In this document: one piece after another, positions 37,698-47,294 of the stretch
How positions within the stretch are numbered: position 1 is the first letter of the stretch
How the letters are laid out: every line of letters starts with the position of its first letter
Assembly: GCA_963782055.1 (NCBI GenBank)
Contig: CAWAIF010000003.1
Span: 3,040,001-3,104,000, forward strand
Origin: an uncultured delta proteobacterium
GTDB lineage: Bacteria > Myxococcota_A > Polyangia > Polyangiales > Polyangiaceae
DNA length: 64,000 bases
Direction of reading: 5' to 3'
Position numbers and translations under genes: made by a program
Notes under the pieces: generated by a model
The model's input: the letters and a program-made list of their open reading frames with translations, nothing else
Told to the model about the DNA's origin: nothing
Database searches by the model: none

Positions 37698-38894
37698 ATG
37701 CCCGAGCTGTCCGACGTCGCCCGCGCCATCCGCACCGGCGTCTTCGCCGAGCTGGAGGGCGCCATCGCCGAGCGGCGCGGGCGGGGAGGGGACATCGTGC
37801 CCCTTCACATCGGCGACACGCACCGGGCGCCGCCGGCGCAGGCGCGCTACGAGCGAGCCATCGAGGGCGCCACCGACGAGGCGCTCTACGCCTACGGCGC
37901 GACCGCCGGCGTGGCGGAGCTTCGCGACGCGATCGCCGCCGGGCTGGAGGCGCGCGGCCGCGGGCTGCCCGGCATGAGCGGGGAGGCGCACGTGCTCGTC
38001 GGCGCGGGGGCCACCCACGCCCTCTCCTGCGCGGTGCGCGCCGTCGTGGGGCCGGGCGACGAGGTGGCGCTGGCGTCGCCGTACTGGCCGCTCGCCCACG
38101 GGATCCTGGCGAGCGCGGGGGCGCGCATCCGCGAGGTGCCGCTCACCTCCCGCCTCTACGAGGACCCCTCGCTGGACGCCGCGGAGATCCTCGCCGCCGG
38201 GCTCGGCCCCCGGACGCGCGCCCTCTACCTCATCACCCCCAACAACCCCGACGGCAAGGTGCTCTCCGCCGCGCAGCTCGCCGCGGTGGCGCGGCTGGCG
38301 GTGGAGCGCGACCTGTGGGTGATCGCCGACGAGGTGTATGCAGACTACACGTATCAGGGGGAGCACGTGTCGGTCGCCCGGCTTCCGGGGATGGCGGAGC
38401 GCACCATCACGGCGTACTCCCTCTCCAAGAGCCACGCGCTGGCGGGGGCCCGCATCGGCTACGCGGTCGCGCCGGCGGAGGTGGTGCGCGCGGCGCGGCG
38501 CGTGTCGGTCCACAGCGTCTTCAACGTGCCTGTGGTGGCGCAGCGCGCGGCGCTGGGGGCGGTGCGCTCCGGCGCGGCGTGGATGAGCGAGGCGCGGCAG
38601 GACTACGTGGCGGCGCGCGACGCGGCGGCGGCGGCGCTGGAGGGCTCCGGAGTGCGCTTTCACCTCGCCGAGGGAGGGGTGTACCTCTTTCTGGATTTCC
38701 GGGAGCTGCTGGGAGACCGGCCGCTCCGGGCGCTGATGGAGCCGGCGATCGAGCGCGGGGTGCTGCTCGCGCCGGGGGAGGCGTTCGGGGCGGGGTTCGA
38801 GCGGTTCGCGCGGCTGTGTTACACGAGCGTGCCGCGGGCGCGGGTGGTGGAGGGGATCCGGAGGCTGCGGGAGGCGCTCGGGGCGCTGGGGTGA
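37698..38894 (+). CDS. PLP-dependent aminotransferase class I/II
   Basis: ITPNNPDG, IADEVY, YSLSKSHALAGARIGY. Confidence 0.9.
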   Translation: MPELSDVARAIRTGVFAELEGAIAERRGRGGDIVPLHIGDTHRAPPAQARYERAIEGATDEALYAYGATAGVAELRDAIAAGLEARGRGLPGMSGEAHVLVGAGATHALSCAVRAVVGPGDEVALASPYWPLAHGILASAGARIREVPLTSRLYEDPSLDAAEILAAGLGPRTRALYLITPNNPDGKVLSAAQLAAVARLAVERDLWVIADEVYADYTYQGEHVSVARLPGMAERTITAYSLSKSHALAGARIGYAVAPAEVVRAARRVSVHSVFNVPVVAQRAALGAVRSGAAWMSEARQDYVAARDAAAAALEGSGVRFHLAEGGVYLFLDFRELLGDRPLRALMEPAIERGVLLAPGEAFGAGFERFARLCYTSVPRARVVEGIRRLREALGALG

Positions 38895-38941
38895 GATCGT
38901 GGACGTGAGCGCGCACGCGCCTCCACTCGTGGGAGGAGCGG

Positions 38942-40528
38942 CTAGCGGGCGGGGATGAGGGACGTGGCGCGCTCCGCCAGGGCGGTGATGGTGAGCGAGG
39001 GGTTCACCCCCGGGTTGGCCGACACGGCGCTGCCATCGATGACGTAGAGGCCCTCGTAGCCGAAGACGCGGTGGGCGTGGTCGATGACGCCGTCGGCGGC
39101 GCCGGAGCCCATGCACGCCCCGCCCAGGATGTGCGCGGTGGAGGGGACCCCGAGGAGCGTCTCGGTCAGCATCGTCGCGGGGACGCCACCCACCTTCTCG
39201 GCGAAGCGCCGCGCCAGGTCCACCGCCTCCGGCATGTTGGCCTGCGGGGCGTGCGCGGGGTCGTCCAGCACGGTCACGAGGCCGCGGCGGAAACCGGTGC
39301 GCGCCCCGCGCCCCAGGCGCATGCGCAGGCTGCCCTCCAGCGTGCGCATGTACAGCAGCACCTGGCTCTGCCTGGCGAAGTCGGCCACGGCGTACGCCTT
39401 CGCCCAGCGCACCGGGTGGGTGATCAGGCTGCGCATCGCGTTGCCCATACGGCCGATCGCGTGCGCGCCCTCCGCCTGCGGCAGGATCATGGTGCGGAAG
39501 AAGCCGGACCCCGCGGCGTAGCGCACCGGCTCGATGTGGCTGTGGTCGTCGGTGTGCAGGATGGAGGTGATGGCGACGCCCTTGGAGAAGTCGGCGTCGC
39601 GGTCCGGGACGATGACGCCGCACAGCGCCTCGCTGTTGGTGCGCACCGCGTCGCCCACGCGATCGGACAGGTGCGGGAGGCCCTCGGGGTCCTCCTTCAT
39701 CGCGAGCAGCAAGGGCACGGTGCCCATCACGCCCCCGGCGAAGATCACGCGGTCCGCCGTGACCGCCTCCTCGCCGCGCGCGCCGCGGGTCTCGACGCGG
39801 TACGGCCCGCGACCCCCGGTACCGGAGCCCCCGGCGGACCCGGGCCGGACCGCCGTCACCTCCGTCTCGGCGCGCACCTCCGCGCCACGCTGCTGTGCAA
39901 GATACAGGTAATTCCAGTCCAGCGTGTTCTTCGCGCCCACCCGGCAGCCGGTCATGCACGCGCCGCAGAAGATGCAGCCGACGCGGTCGGGGCCCTCCCC
40001 GCCGAAGTAGGGATCCGGCACCCGCTTGCCCGGCTCGCCGAAGAAGACGCCGACGTCGGTGGGGTGGAAGTGCTCCTCGCGGCCGAGATCGCGGGCGATC
40101 TCGCGCAGGACCTCGTCGCCGCGGGTCATGAGCGGGTTGCGCGCCGCGCCCAGCATGCGCCTGGCGGTGGCGTAGTGCGGGGAGAGCTCGTCCTTCCAGG
40201 GCGCCAGGCGCGCCCAGGAGTCGGCGGCGAAGAAGTCGTCCTTGGGGACGGGCAAGGTGTTCGCGTAGACGAGGGAGCCGCCGCCAACGCCCACGCCGTG
40301 GAGCACCGTCACGTGCTCCAGGAAGGACATCTGGAAGATGCCGCGCATCCCCGCGGAGGGCATCCACATCCACTTGCGCAGGTCCCAGTTGGACCTGGGG
40401 AAGTCCTCCAGCGCCCAGCGCTTGCCCTTCTCCACCACCAGGACGCGCCAGCCCTTCTCTGCCAGGCGCAGGGCGGAGACGCTGCCGCCGAAGCCGGACC
40501 CGATGACGATGACGTCGAAGTCGCTCAT
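38942..40528 (-). CDS. GMC oxidoreductase, cholesterol oxidase (ChoD)-like
   Basis: IGSGFGGSVSALRL, GVGGGSLVYAN, CGACMTGCRVGAKNTLD, TAHILGGA, NPGVNPSLTITALAER. Confidence 0.88.
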   Translation of the reverse strand: MSDFDVIVIGSGFGGSVSALRLAEKGWRVLVVEKGKRWALEDFPRSNWDLRKWMWMPSAGMRGIFQMSFLEHVTVLHGVGVGGGSLVYANTLPVPKDDFFAADSWARLAPWKDELSPHYATARRMLGAARNPLMTRGDEVLREIARDLGREEHFHPTDVGVFFGEPGKRVPDPYFGGEGPDRVGCIFCGACMTGCRVGAKNTLDWNYLYLAQQRGAEVRAETEVTAVRPGSAGGSGTGGRGPYRVETRGARGEEAVTADRVIFAGGVMGTVPLLLAMKEDPEGLPHLSDRVGDAVRTNSEALCGVIVPDRDADFSKGVAITSILHTDDHSHIEPVRYAAGSGFFRTMILPQAEGAHAIGRMGNAMRSLITHPVRWAKAYAVADFARQSQVLLYMRTLEGSLRMRLGRGARTGFRRGLVTVLDDPAHAPQANMPEAVDLARRFAEKVGGVPATMLTETLLGVPSTAHILGGACMGSGAADGVIDHAHRVFGYEGLYVIDGSAVSANPGVNPSLTITALAERATSLIPAR

Positions 40529-40544
40529 CCCTCTGCCCTCTCTC

Positions 40545-41759
40545 TCAGGCTCCGAAGATGGGGTCGCCGTCGCGCAGGACCAGGGCCGCGCGCGGCGTGC
40601 CCCACGGCTGCACGATGGCGATCTCGTGCGGAAGGTCCCACGCCACCAGATCCGCGGGCGCCCCGGCCCGCAGCACGCCGGTGCCCTCGGCCAGGTCCAG
40701 CGATGCCGCCGCGTCTCGCGTCGCCGCGATCAGCGCCTCCTCGGGGGTGAGGCCGTAATGACGCACCGCCAGGGCGAGGGCGAGGGGCAGGCTCTCCGTC
40801 GGGGCGGTGCCCGGGTTGGCGTCGCTGGCGACGAAGAAGCGCACGCCGGCGGACCGCAGGAGCGCGACGGGCGGCGGGGGCTGCGCCAGGGTGAAGCTGG
40901 CGATGGGCAGCAGGCCGGCGACGGTGCCGCTCTCCGCCAGGGCGCGCGCGCCGGCCTCGCCGAGGTGCTCCAGGTGATCGGCGGACCGGGCGCCGAGCTC
41001 GGCGGCGAGCTCCGCACCGCCCACGTCGGAGAACTGCCCGACGTGCAGGCGCACGCCCAGGCCGTGCGCGCGCGCCGCCTCGCCGAGGGCGCGTGCCTCC
41101 GGCACGGTGAAGGCGTGGGCGTCCACGTAGGCGTCCACGAACCGCGCGAGGCCGTCGCGGGCGACCTCCTCCACCATGGCGATCATCTCGGCGACGTAGC
41201 CGTCGCGGTCTTCCTTGCGTGACGGGGGGATGGCGTGCAGGGCGAGGAAGGTGGGCACGACACGCGGCAGACCGGCGCGCGCGGCGACGCGGGCGATGGC
41301 GCGCAGCTGCTTGCGCTCCAGCGCGGGCAGCAGCCCGTAGCCGCTCTTGACCTCCACGGTGGTCACGCCGAGCGCCGCCATGCGCCGCAGGCGCGCCTCG
41401 AGGGCCGCGGCGATCTCGTCCTCCGTCGCGGACTCCACCGCGCGGTGGGTGCTGAGGATGCCCCCTCCCGCCGCGGCGATGGCGACGTAGTCCCCGCCGG
41501 CCATGCGCACCGCGTACTCGGCGTGGCGCGAGCCCGCCCACGCCGCGTGGGTGTGGGCGTCCACCAGCCCGGGGGTGACGAGGTCGAAGGTGCGTGCAGA
41601 GTGCACGTGTTCCGCGGGGAGCTCGGCGCGCGCACCGACCCACGCGACGCGGCCGTCCTCGCCCACCACCAGGGCAGCGTCGTCGAGGGAGGCCCCAGCG
41701 GCGAGGGCAGGGTCAGAGGTGCAGAGGCGCCTCGCCAGAAGGACGTGGCGGGCGGTCAT
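40545..41759 (-). CDS. hutI: Imidazolonepropionase
   Basis: PGLVDAHTH, GGGILST, VEVKSGYGL, SADHLE, SDANPGT; ATG at 41759. Confidence 0.9.
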   Translation of the reverse strand: MTARHVLLARRLCTSDPALAAGASLDDAALVVGEDGRVAWVGARAELPAEHVHSARTFDLVTPGLVDAHTHAAWAGSRHAEYAVRMAGGDYVAIAAAGGGILSTHRAVESATEDEIAAALEARLRRMAALGVTTVEVKSGYGLLPALERKQLRAIARVAARAGLPRVVPTFLALHAIPPSRKEDRDGYVAEMIAMVEEVARDGLARFVDAYVDAHAFTVPEARALGEAARAHGLGVRLHVGQFSDVGGAELAAELGARSADHLEHLGEAGARALAESGTVAGLLPIASFTLAQPPPPVALLRSAGVRFFVASDANPGTAPTESLPLALALAVRHYGLTPEEALIAATRDAAASLDLAEGTGVLRAGAPADLVAWDLPHEIAIVQPWGTPRAALVLRDGDPIFGA

Positions 41760-42820
41760 CCGGTGGCCTCGGCGATCGCGCGCTCCAGGTCCCGGGCCTC
41801 CGCCGCGTTCATCGCGGCGGCGAGCGTCTCGCCGGCGAGCGGCGCCGGCGGGCAGGACGCCGCCATGCGCGTCACGCGGGCGTGGGCCTCCTCGCAGCGC
41901 GCGCGGAAGGCGGCGTCGGCGGCGGCGCGGGCGGCGAGCGCGTCGAGCGCTGCGTGGCGCGCCTCCGCGTCGGAGCAGACGAGCAGCGCGTCGCACCCCG
42001 CCTCCACGGCGCGCACCGCGGCGTCGCCGTATCCGTAGCGCGCGGCGACGGCCTTCATCTCCAGATCGTCGGACACCAGCACGCCCTCGTAGCCGAGCTC
42101 ACCGCGGAGCAGCTCGGTGGCGATGCGGTGGGAGAGCGTCGCCGGCACGTCGTCCAGCGCGGGGTAGAGCACGTGGGCGGTCATCATCGAGGGCAGGCCG
42201 GCGCGCGCGGCCTCGCGGAAGGGCAGGAGCTCGACCGCCTCGAGGCGCGCGCGGTCGTGGGTGACGACGGGCAGCTCCAGGTGCGAGTCGGTGGCCGTGT
42301 CGCCGTGGCCGGGGAAGTGCTTGCCGCAGGAGAGGAGGCCGCCGCGCGCCATCCCGCGGGCGAAGGCGAGCGCCACGCGCGCCGCCGCCGCCGGCTCGGT
42401 GCCGAAGGCGCGATCGCCGATGATGGGGTTCGCGGGGTTGGTGTGCACGTCCAGCACCGGAGCGAAGTTCAGCGTGAAGCCGAGGGCGCGGAGCTGGCGA
42501 GCCAGCACCTCGCCGGCGCGCTCGGCCAGCGCCTCCCCGCCGATGCGCGCGAGCTGCAACATGGGCGGGAGGCGGAGCACCGGCGCCCCGACGCGCGCGA
42601 CGCGCCCGCCCTCCTGGTCCACCGCGATGACGGTGGGACCGCTCGCCGCCGCCGCGATGGCGGCGTTGAGGGCGGCGAGCTCGGCCGTGTCGCCCGTCAG
42701 GTTGCGCTTGAAGAGGATGGCTCCACCCACCTCGCCGCGCTGGAGGTCGCGGGCGAAGGCGGCGGGGAGCGCCGTCCCGTGAAACCCGCCGACGAGGAGG
42801 CGACCGCAGAGCTCGCGCAC
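41756..42820 (-). CDS. nagZ: Beta-N-acetylhexosaminidase (GH3)
   Basis: ILFKRN, VDQEGGRVAR, NFAPVLD, KHFPGHGDTATDSH, MMTAHV, SDDLEM. Confidence 0.93.
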   Translation of the reverse strand: MRELCGRLLVGGFHGTALPAAFARDLQRGEVGGAILFKRNLTGDTAELAALNAAIAAAASGPTVIAVDQEGGRVARVGAPVLRLPPMLQLARIGGEALAERAGEVLARQLRALGFTLNFAPVLDVHTNPANPIIGDRAFGTEPAAAARVALAFARGMARGGLLSCGKHFPGHGDTATDSHLELPVVTHDRARLEAVELLPFREAARAGLPSMMTAHVLYPALDDVPATLSHRIATELLRGELGYEGVLVSDDLEMKAVAARYGYGDAAVRAVEAGCDALLVCSDAEARHAALDALAARAAADAAFRARCEEAHARVTRMAASCPPAPLAGETLAAAMNAAEARDLERAIAEATG

Positions 42821-42875
42821 CCGCTCCTTGTATCATGATTACCAACGGTCCCGCCCCGTGCTAACCCGATGGATC

Positions 42876-43877
42876 ATGCGACGCGTCGCGGTCCTCGCGC
42901 TCTTCCTCGCGGCCTGCGGCGGCCACGCCACACCCGCCGTCGCGTCGGCCGCGGCGGGCGCGTCCTCGCAGGGCGGGCCCTCGAAGGCAGGCAGCGCGTC
43001 GCCGCCGTCGGCGACGGGTGGCGCGAGCGACGCGCGGCCCTCGGGTCCGGTCGCGCTGGCCGACGCTCGCCGCTACATGCTGCGCCTCATCAACCGCGAT
43101 CGCGCCACCGCGGGGCTGTCGCCGGTCACGCTGGACACCGGGCCGGCCACGCGCGCCGCGCAGCAGCACGCGAGCGACATGGCCCACCTCGCCTACCTGG
43201 GCCACTGGGGGAGCGACGGCTCGGTGCCGGAGCAGCGGCTCACCGCCGCCGGCGGTGCCGACATGGTGCTGGAGAACGCCTTCTGCGTGACCGACGAGAA
43301 GAAGCGTGTGCTCGACCCTTCGCCGCGCATCGACCCGGCCGACGTGGAGAAGGCGGAGAGCATGTTCTTCAACGAGAAGCCTCCCAACGACGGCCACCGG
43401 CAGAACATCCTCAAGCCGCACCACACGAGGGTGGGGATCGGCATCGCCCTGGCGCGGCCGAGCGGCAACGAGATCCTCACGCCCTGCATCGTGCAGGAGT
43501 TCGTCGACGTGCTGGGGACGTACGCGCCGCTCCCGGCCGCGGTGAAGGTGGGCGCCACCATCCACGTCGCGGGCACGCTCGTCGCGGGGGTGCAGGTCGG
43601 CGCGGTGGGGCTGACGCGGCTGCCGGCGCCCAGGCCCATCCCGGTGGACGAGCTCAACCGCCGGCGCTCCTACCCCGTGCCGAAGCCGTACGTGATGTAC
43701 TGGCCGAAGGGTTACGAGACGCCCATCCCGCTGATGGTCAAGGGGCAGTCCTTCTCCATCGACGTGCCCGTCTCCGACGGTGGCAAGCCGGGCCTCTACG
43801 AGGTGAGCGTCTGGGGCAAGCGCCCCGGCGACGCCGACTTCGCGATGGTCAGCCTGCGCACCCTCCACGTCCGGTGA
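42876..43877 (+). CDS. CAP (SCP-like) domain lipoprotein
   Basis: Lipobox LAAC; LINRDRATAGL, AQQHASDMA, GHRQNILKPHHTRVGIG. Confidence 0.85.
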   Translation: MRRVAVLALFLAACGGHATPAVASAAAGASSQGGPSKAGSASPPSATGGASDARPSGPVALADARRYMLRLINRDRATAGLSPVTLDTGPATRAAQQHASDMAHLAYLGHWGSDGSVPEQRLTAAGGADMVLENAFCVTDEKKRVLDPSPRIDPADVEKAESMFFNEKPPNDGHRQNILKPHHTRVGIGIALARPSGNEILTPCIVQEFVDVLGTYAPLPAAVKVGATIHVAGTLVAGVQVGAVGLTRLPAPRPIPVDELNRRRSYPVPKPYVMYWPKGYETPIPLMVKGQSFSIDVPVSDGGKPGLYEVSVWGKRPGDADFAMVSLRTLHVR

Positions 43878-43922
43878 GGCTGGGCCTTCGGGCGGACCAG
43901 CGGAGGGACCGTTGCCATGCTC

Positions 43923-45485
43923 TCAGTTGGGCAGGGTGCCGTGGTTCGCCTTCGCGGCGCCCTTGCTCGCGAAGCTGGGGACGTTGGGGGCGGTGACCTG
44001 ACCGACCCAGGTGCCGGCGAAGGCGTCCGGCTCGGCGTACTCGCCGACGGTGACGGGCGCGCTGGCGGTGATGGCGACCTTCATGGAGTCCTGCTGGGAG
44101 ACCGCCACGGCGGAGGACCAGCGTGACGCGAGGCCGTCGGAGCAGAGCCCGGAGACGCACGAGGCGTCGCACTGGCCGTACGCGTATCCGTTGCCTGCGA
44201 GGGACTTGCCGAGCACGTCGCAGTCGATGAGCGTCGCGAGGGCGTCGGGGACGCCCTGCGCGCTGGGCGCGTCGATGTGGGCGCGGATGTCGGCGGCCGC
44301 GCCGACCATCCGCGACGGCGTGATGGCGATGCCGCCCTGGAGATGCACGACGTCCTCGGTGTCGCCCTGCCACGCGAAGGGCGCCGGCGCGGTGACGCCG
44401 GCGTCGGCGGCGTCCATCGGACCGAGGTTGTACAGGGAGAGCAGCGCCTCCCCCTTGTTCTGTCCGGTGACGAGGTGGGCGGTCAGGTTGCCGAGCGTGC
44501 TGGGCAGGCCGTCGGCGAGCCAGGTGGCGACGCGGTCGTGGATCGTCGGGAGGTGCGCGCCCAGGTGGGCGCCCACCGTGGTGTCCCACCCGTTCTGCTG
44601 TCGCGCGGCGGTGAACGCCGACGCGTCGTTGCCCGCCGCGGCAGCCATCGCGTCCAGCAGGACCGCCGACTCCTGCTGCTGCGACGGGAGGAAGCTGGCC
44701 AGCACGCTGTCCGACGCGCTGGACGCGACGGCGAGCCAGGCCGCCTTGTCCGCGGGGGCCGGCGTGAAGGTGAGCAGGGTCTCCAGGTCGGTGCTGGCGA
44801 GGTCGAGGGGGAGGTCGACGACCTTCACCGCGACGTCGCGGGTGGTGTCGGGGACGAGGCTGTCGAGGTCCACGCAGCCGACGGCGTAGTGGCCGATACG
44901 CACCTGCACGGCGACGTGGCCGTCGGCGGGGACCTTGTCGATGACGAGCGGCTCCAGGCCGCTGACCGGCACCAGCGGCGCGCCGTCGGTGACGGTCTTG
45001 CCGCTCAGGTCGGAGCAGACCTTCGCGAGGAAGGTGCTCGCCGCGACGACGGCGACCGGGCGCGAGCCACCGTAGGTCGGGGTGACGCGGAGGGTGACGA
45101 AGCCGTTGTTGCTCACCGACACGTCCAGTCGCGCGGCGGCCACGCCGGCTACCGCGACGATGGAGAAGGTGGCCGCCTGCGTCGGCGCGTGGAGCGTCAC
45201 CGAGGCGTGGCCGTCCTTCGTCGCGGCCTGGTTGCGATCGAGCGCGGCGTCGGCGTAGTCGCCGAGCAAGGTGAGCTGGACGGCCTGAACGCCGGCCGAT
45301 GCGGTGATGCCGATGGGCACGATCTCGCCCGGCTTGGCGGTCAGCACGCCCTGCTCGTCGAAGCTCACGGTCCCGGCGGCGCCGGCGTCCGGCGCGGGGA
45401 GGGGCAGGGCGTCCGCCTTCACCGAGCACGCCGCCAGCCCGAGCAGCACGACCGGCAGGCAGCGCCGGACGAAAGACAAGACCAT
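43923..45485 (-). CDS. Large lipoprotein of unknown function
   Basis: Lipobox LAAC; beta-rich, Cys-containing; TATACT 7 nt before ATG. Confidence 0.75.
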   Translation of the reverse strand: MVLSFVRRCLPVVLLGLAACSVKADALPLPAPDAGAAGTVSFDEQGVLTAKPGEIVPIGITASAGVQAVQLTLLGDYADAALDRNQAATKDGHASVTLHAPTQAATFSIVAVAGVAAARLDVSVSNNGFVTLRVTPTYGGSRPVAVVAASTFLAKVCSDLSGKTVTDGAPLVPVSGLEPLVIDKVPADGHVAVQVRIGHYAVGCVDLDSLVPDTTRDVAVKVVDLPLDLASTDLETLLTFTPAPADKAAWLAVASSASDSVLASFLPSQQQESAVLLDAMAAAAGNDASAFTAARQQNGWDTTVGAHLGAHLPTIHDRVATWLADGLPSTLGNLTAHLVTGQNKGEALLSLYNLGPMDAADAGVTAPAPFAWQGDTEDVVHLQGGIAITPSRMVGAAADIRAHIDAPSAQGVPDALATLIDCDVLGKSLAGNGYAYGQCDASCVSGLCSDGLASRWSSAVAVSQQDSMKVAITASAPVTVGEYAEPDAFAGTWVGQVTAPNVPSFASKGAAKANHGTLPN

Positions 45486-45623
45486 GGCAGCCAGTATAGC
45501 AACGAACCCCCCGCGCGGCAGGTTCCCCCTCTCTCTCCTGATCCACCCCTCCCGTCCCGCTCTTTCCCTGCCCGCTTCGCTCCCTGTCCCCCCTGTCCCC
45601 CCTCCCTGTCCCGGGACACCAAA

Positions 45624-45655
45624 CGTCGAACCGCGAGCGTGCTAGCACTCCGACG
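45624..45655. repeat. 32-bp imperfect palindrome, REP-like, copy 2
   Basis: CGTCGAACCGCGAGCG|TGCTAGCACTCCGACG with AAA/TTT flanks; related to 1366-1397. Confidence 0.65.
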
Positions 45656-45684
45656 TTTCCCGCGGAATCGTGGGAGGGGTGGGG

Positions 45685-45700
45685 TGGCATGGGGCGTGCT
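45685..45700 (+). promoter_or_regulatory. Sigma54 -24/-12 promoter of the MarR gene
   Basis: TGGCATGGGGCGTGCT (GG-N10-GC); predicted +1 falls at or next to ATG 45712. Confidence 0.55.
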
Positions 45701-45711
45701 GCATGGGGGGT

Positions 45712-46308
45712 ATGGACCCTGTGTTCTTCACGATCAAGCGGGCGTATTACGCGACGCTGCGACTCACGCGGCGGGCGCTTCGGGCGATGGGCCTCACGGC
45801 GGCGCGGTTCGACCTTCTCGATGCGCTCTACCGGCTCGGGACGCACACCATCTCCCTTCAGAGCCAGCTCCGGCGGGCGCTGGGTGTCGCGCGCTCCACC
45901 ATCAGCCGCATGATGCAGTCGCTCGAGCAGCTGGGGCTCGTGACGCGGCGGCGCGACGGGCGCGATTGCATCGTCGCGCTCACGCCGCAGGGGCGCCGCA
46001 GCGTCCGCCGTGCCTTCTTCGGGCTGGTGCTCGTCGGGCACGTCGGGCTCGCGCTGGACGGCGCGCTCGCGCCGGGTGAGCGCCGCTGGCCGGCGGCGCG
46101 CGTCTGCGCAGGCGCCCGCAGACACCTCGAGGCGCTCTGCATGCGCATTCGCGTCGGCTTCGGGGACGAGGCCACCCTCGACCGGCTCACCGAGTACGGC
46201 TTCTGGGTCCTGCGGGAGGAGGAGCGCGTGCGCCGCGCGCGCCGTCATGGGGAGCGCTGGCAGCGCGATGTCGACCGCGCGCTGGCCTCCGCGCTGAATG
46301 AAGAATAA
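45712..46308 (+). CDS. MarR-family transcriptional regulator
   Basis: GLTAARFDLL..QSQLRRALGVARSTISRMMQSLEQLGLV..DGR..LTPQGR. Confidence 0.85.
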   Translation: MDPVFFTIKRAYYATLRLTRRALRAMGLTAARFDLLDALYRLGTHTISLQSQLRRALGVARSTISRMMQSLEQLGLVTRRRDGRDCIVALTPQGRRSVRRAFFGLVLVGHVGLALDGALAPGERRWPAARVCAGARRHLEALCMRIRVGFGDEATLDRLTEYGFWVLREEERVRRARRHGERWQRDVDRALASALNEE

Positions 46309-46364
46309 TCGAGCCCCGCACCATTCCCGCGGCAGGGCAGCGGTAGCCGGGTCGGGCCAACCGA

Positions 46365-47294
46365 TCAGCGCACCGCGGCGCGGGACGCGGCGAGCGCCGC
46401 CGTCCAGTCGGCGGCGCACCTGAGCGGGTCGTCCCCGGGTCGCAGGCCGGCGCAGGCGAGCGTGTCGCGGCGCGGGGCGAGGAGCATGTACTCGCCACGC
46501 GTCACGAAGGGGTAGGTGCCGCGCCAGCCCAGCTCGATCACGGCCTGGTCGTGCTGGGCCCGCTCGCGCACGTCGCTCGCGTGCAGCTCGGCCAGCTTGG
46601 CGGCGATGCCGGCGCGCGTTTGCGGGTCGTCCGCCAGCGCATAGGCGCGCTCCAGCCCGACGATGGCGGCGTTGCGCTGCCCCTGCCGGTCGAGCAGGTA
46701 GGCCGCGCTGATGGAGTGCGACGGGTCGTCGCCCAGCTCCACGGCCCGCGACAGGGCGTGGGCCCCGTCCGCGCGCCAGCGCTCCGCCTCCGCCTTGGAG
46801 GAGAGATACGTCGGCGCCATGAACGCCAGAAACTGCCCGTAGTGCTCCCAGACCTCGTAGTCGTCCGGTCGCTCGCGTGTGCCCCGCTCCAGGATGCGCC
46901 GCGCGGTCCGCACGTCCTGCTCGGTCCCGACAGGGTAGTGATAGACCAGCAGCGTGTCGGCGTAGTGGTAGACCGGCGCGTAATCCGGCTCCAGCTCCAG
47001 GATGGCGTCCATGTAGCGAGACGCGTCCGGGAAGGTGCGCTTCTCCGCCCAGTGCATGCCGTACTCCACCCGCAGCTTGGCCCAGAGCATGTCCACCGTC
47101 GCGGCGTCGTAGCCCAGCGTGGCGAGCTTGAGCTCGGCGGGCGGAGGGAAGAGGTAGACGTCCTGCCGCTCCTTCGTCTCGTGCAGCGTCGTCGCGAGGC
47201 CCGGCTGCGTCGCCGCCACCACCGCCCCGCCAGTCAGCAGGATGAGCACCAGCGCCGGCACCGCGCTCGGCTCGTGCCTCGCGGCGGCGGTCAT
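46365..47294 (-). CDS. Pilin-locus TPR-like accessory protein (possibly PilG/XapA-like)
   Basis: N-terminal hydrophobic segment; LGYDAATVDMLW, ILELEPDY, LERGTRERPDDY; ATGA-coupled to the upstream pilin. Confidence 0.6.
   Translation of the reverse strand: MTAAARHEPSAVPALVLILLTGGAVVAATQPGLATTLHETKERQDVYLFPPPAELKLATLGYDAATVDMLWAKLRVEYGMHWAEKRTFPDASRYMDAILELEPDYAPVYHYADTLLVYHYPVGTEQDVRTARRILERGTRERPDDYEVWEHYGQFLAFMAPTYLSSKAEAERWRADGAHALSRAVELGDDPSHSISAAYLLDRQGQRNAAIVGLERAYALADDPQTRAGIAAKLAELHASDVRERAQHDQAVIELGWRGTYPFVTRGEYMLLAPRRDTLACAGLRPGDDPLRCAADWTAALAASRAAVR

Noticed and set aside
39888..39902. Possible additional PhaR box (CGCTGC-TGT-GCAAGA) in the oxidase gene
   Set aside because: Two mismatches to the 15-bp consensus and far from the PHA locus; compatible with chance
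45640..45655. CIRCE (HrcA) operator suggested by TAGCACTC
   Set aside because: CIRCE needs TTAGCACTC-N9-GAGTGCTAA; here the half-site orientation and spacing are wrong and no chaperone gene is adjacent
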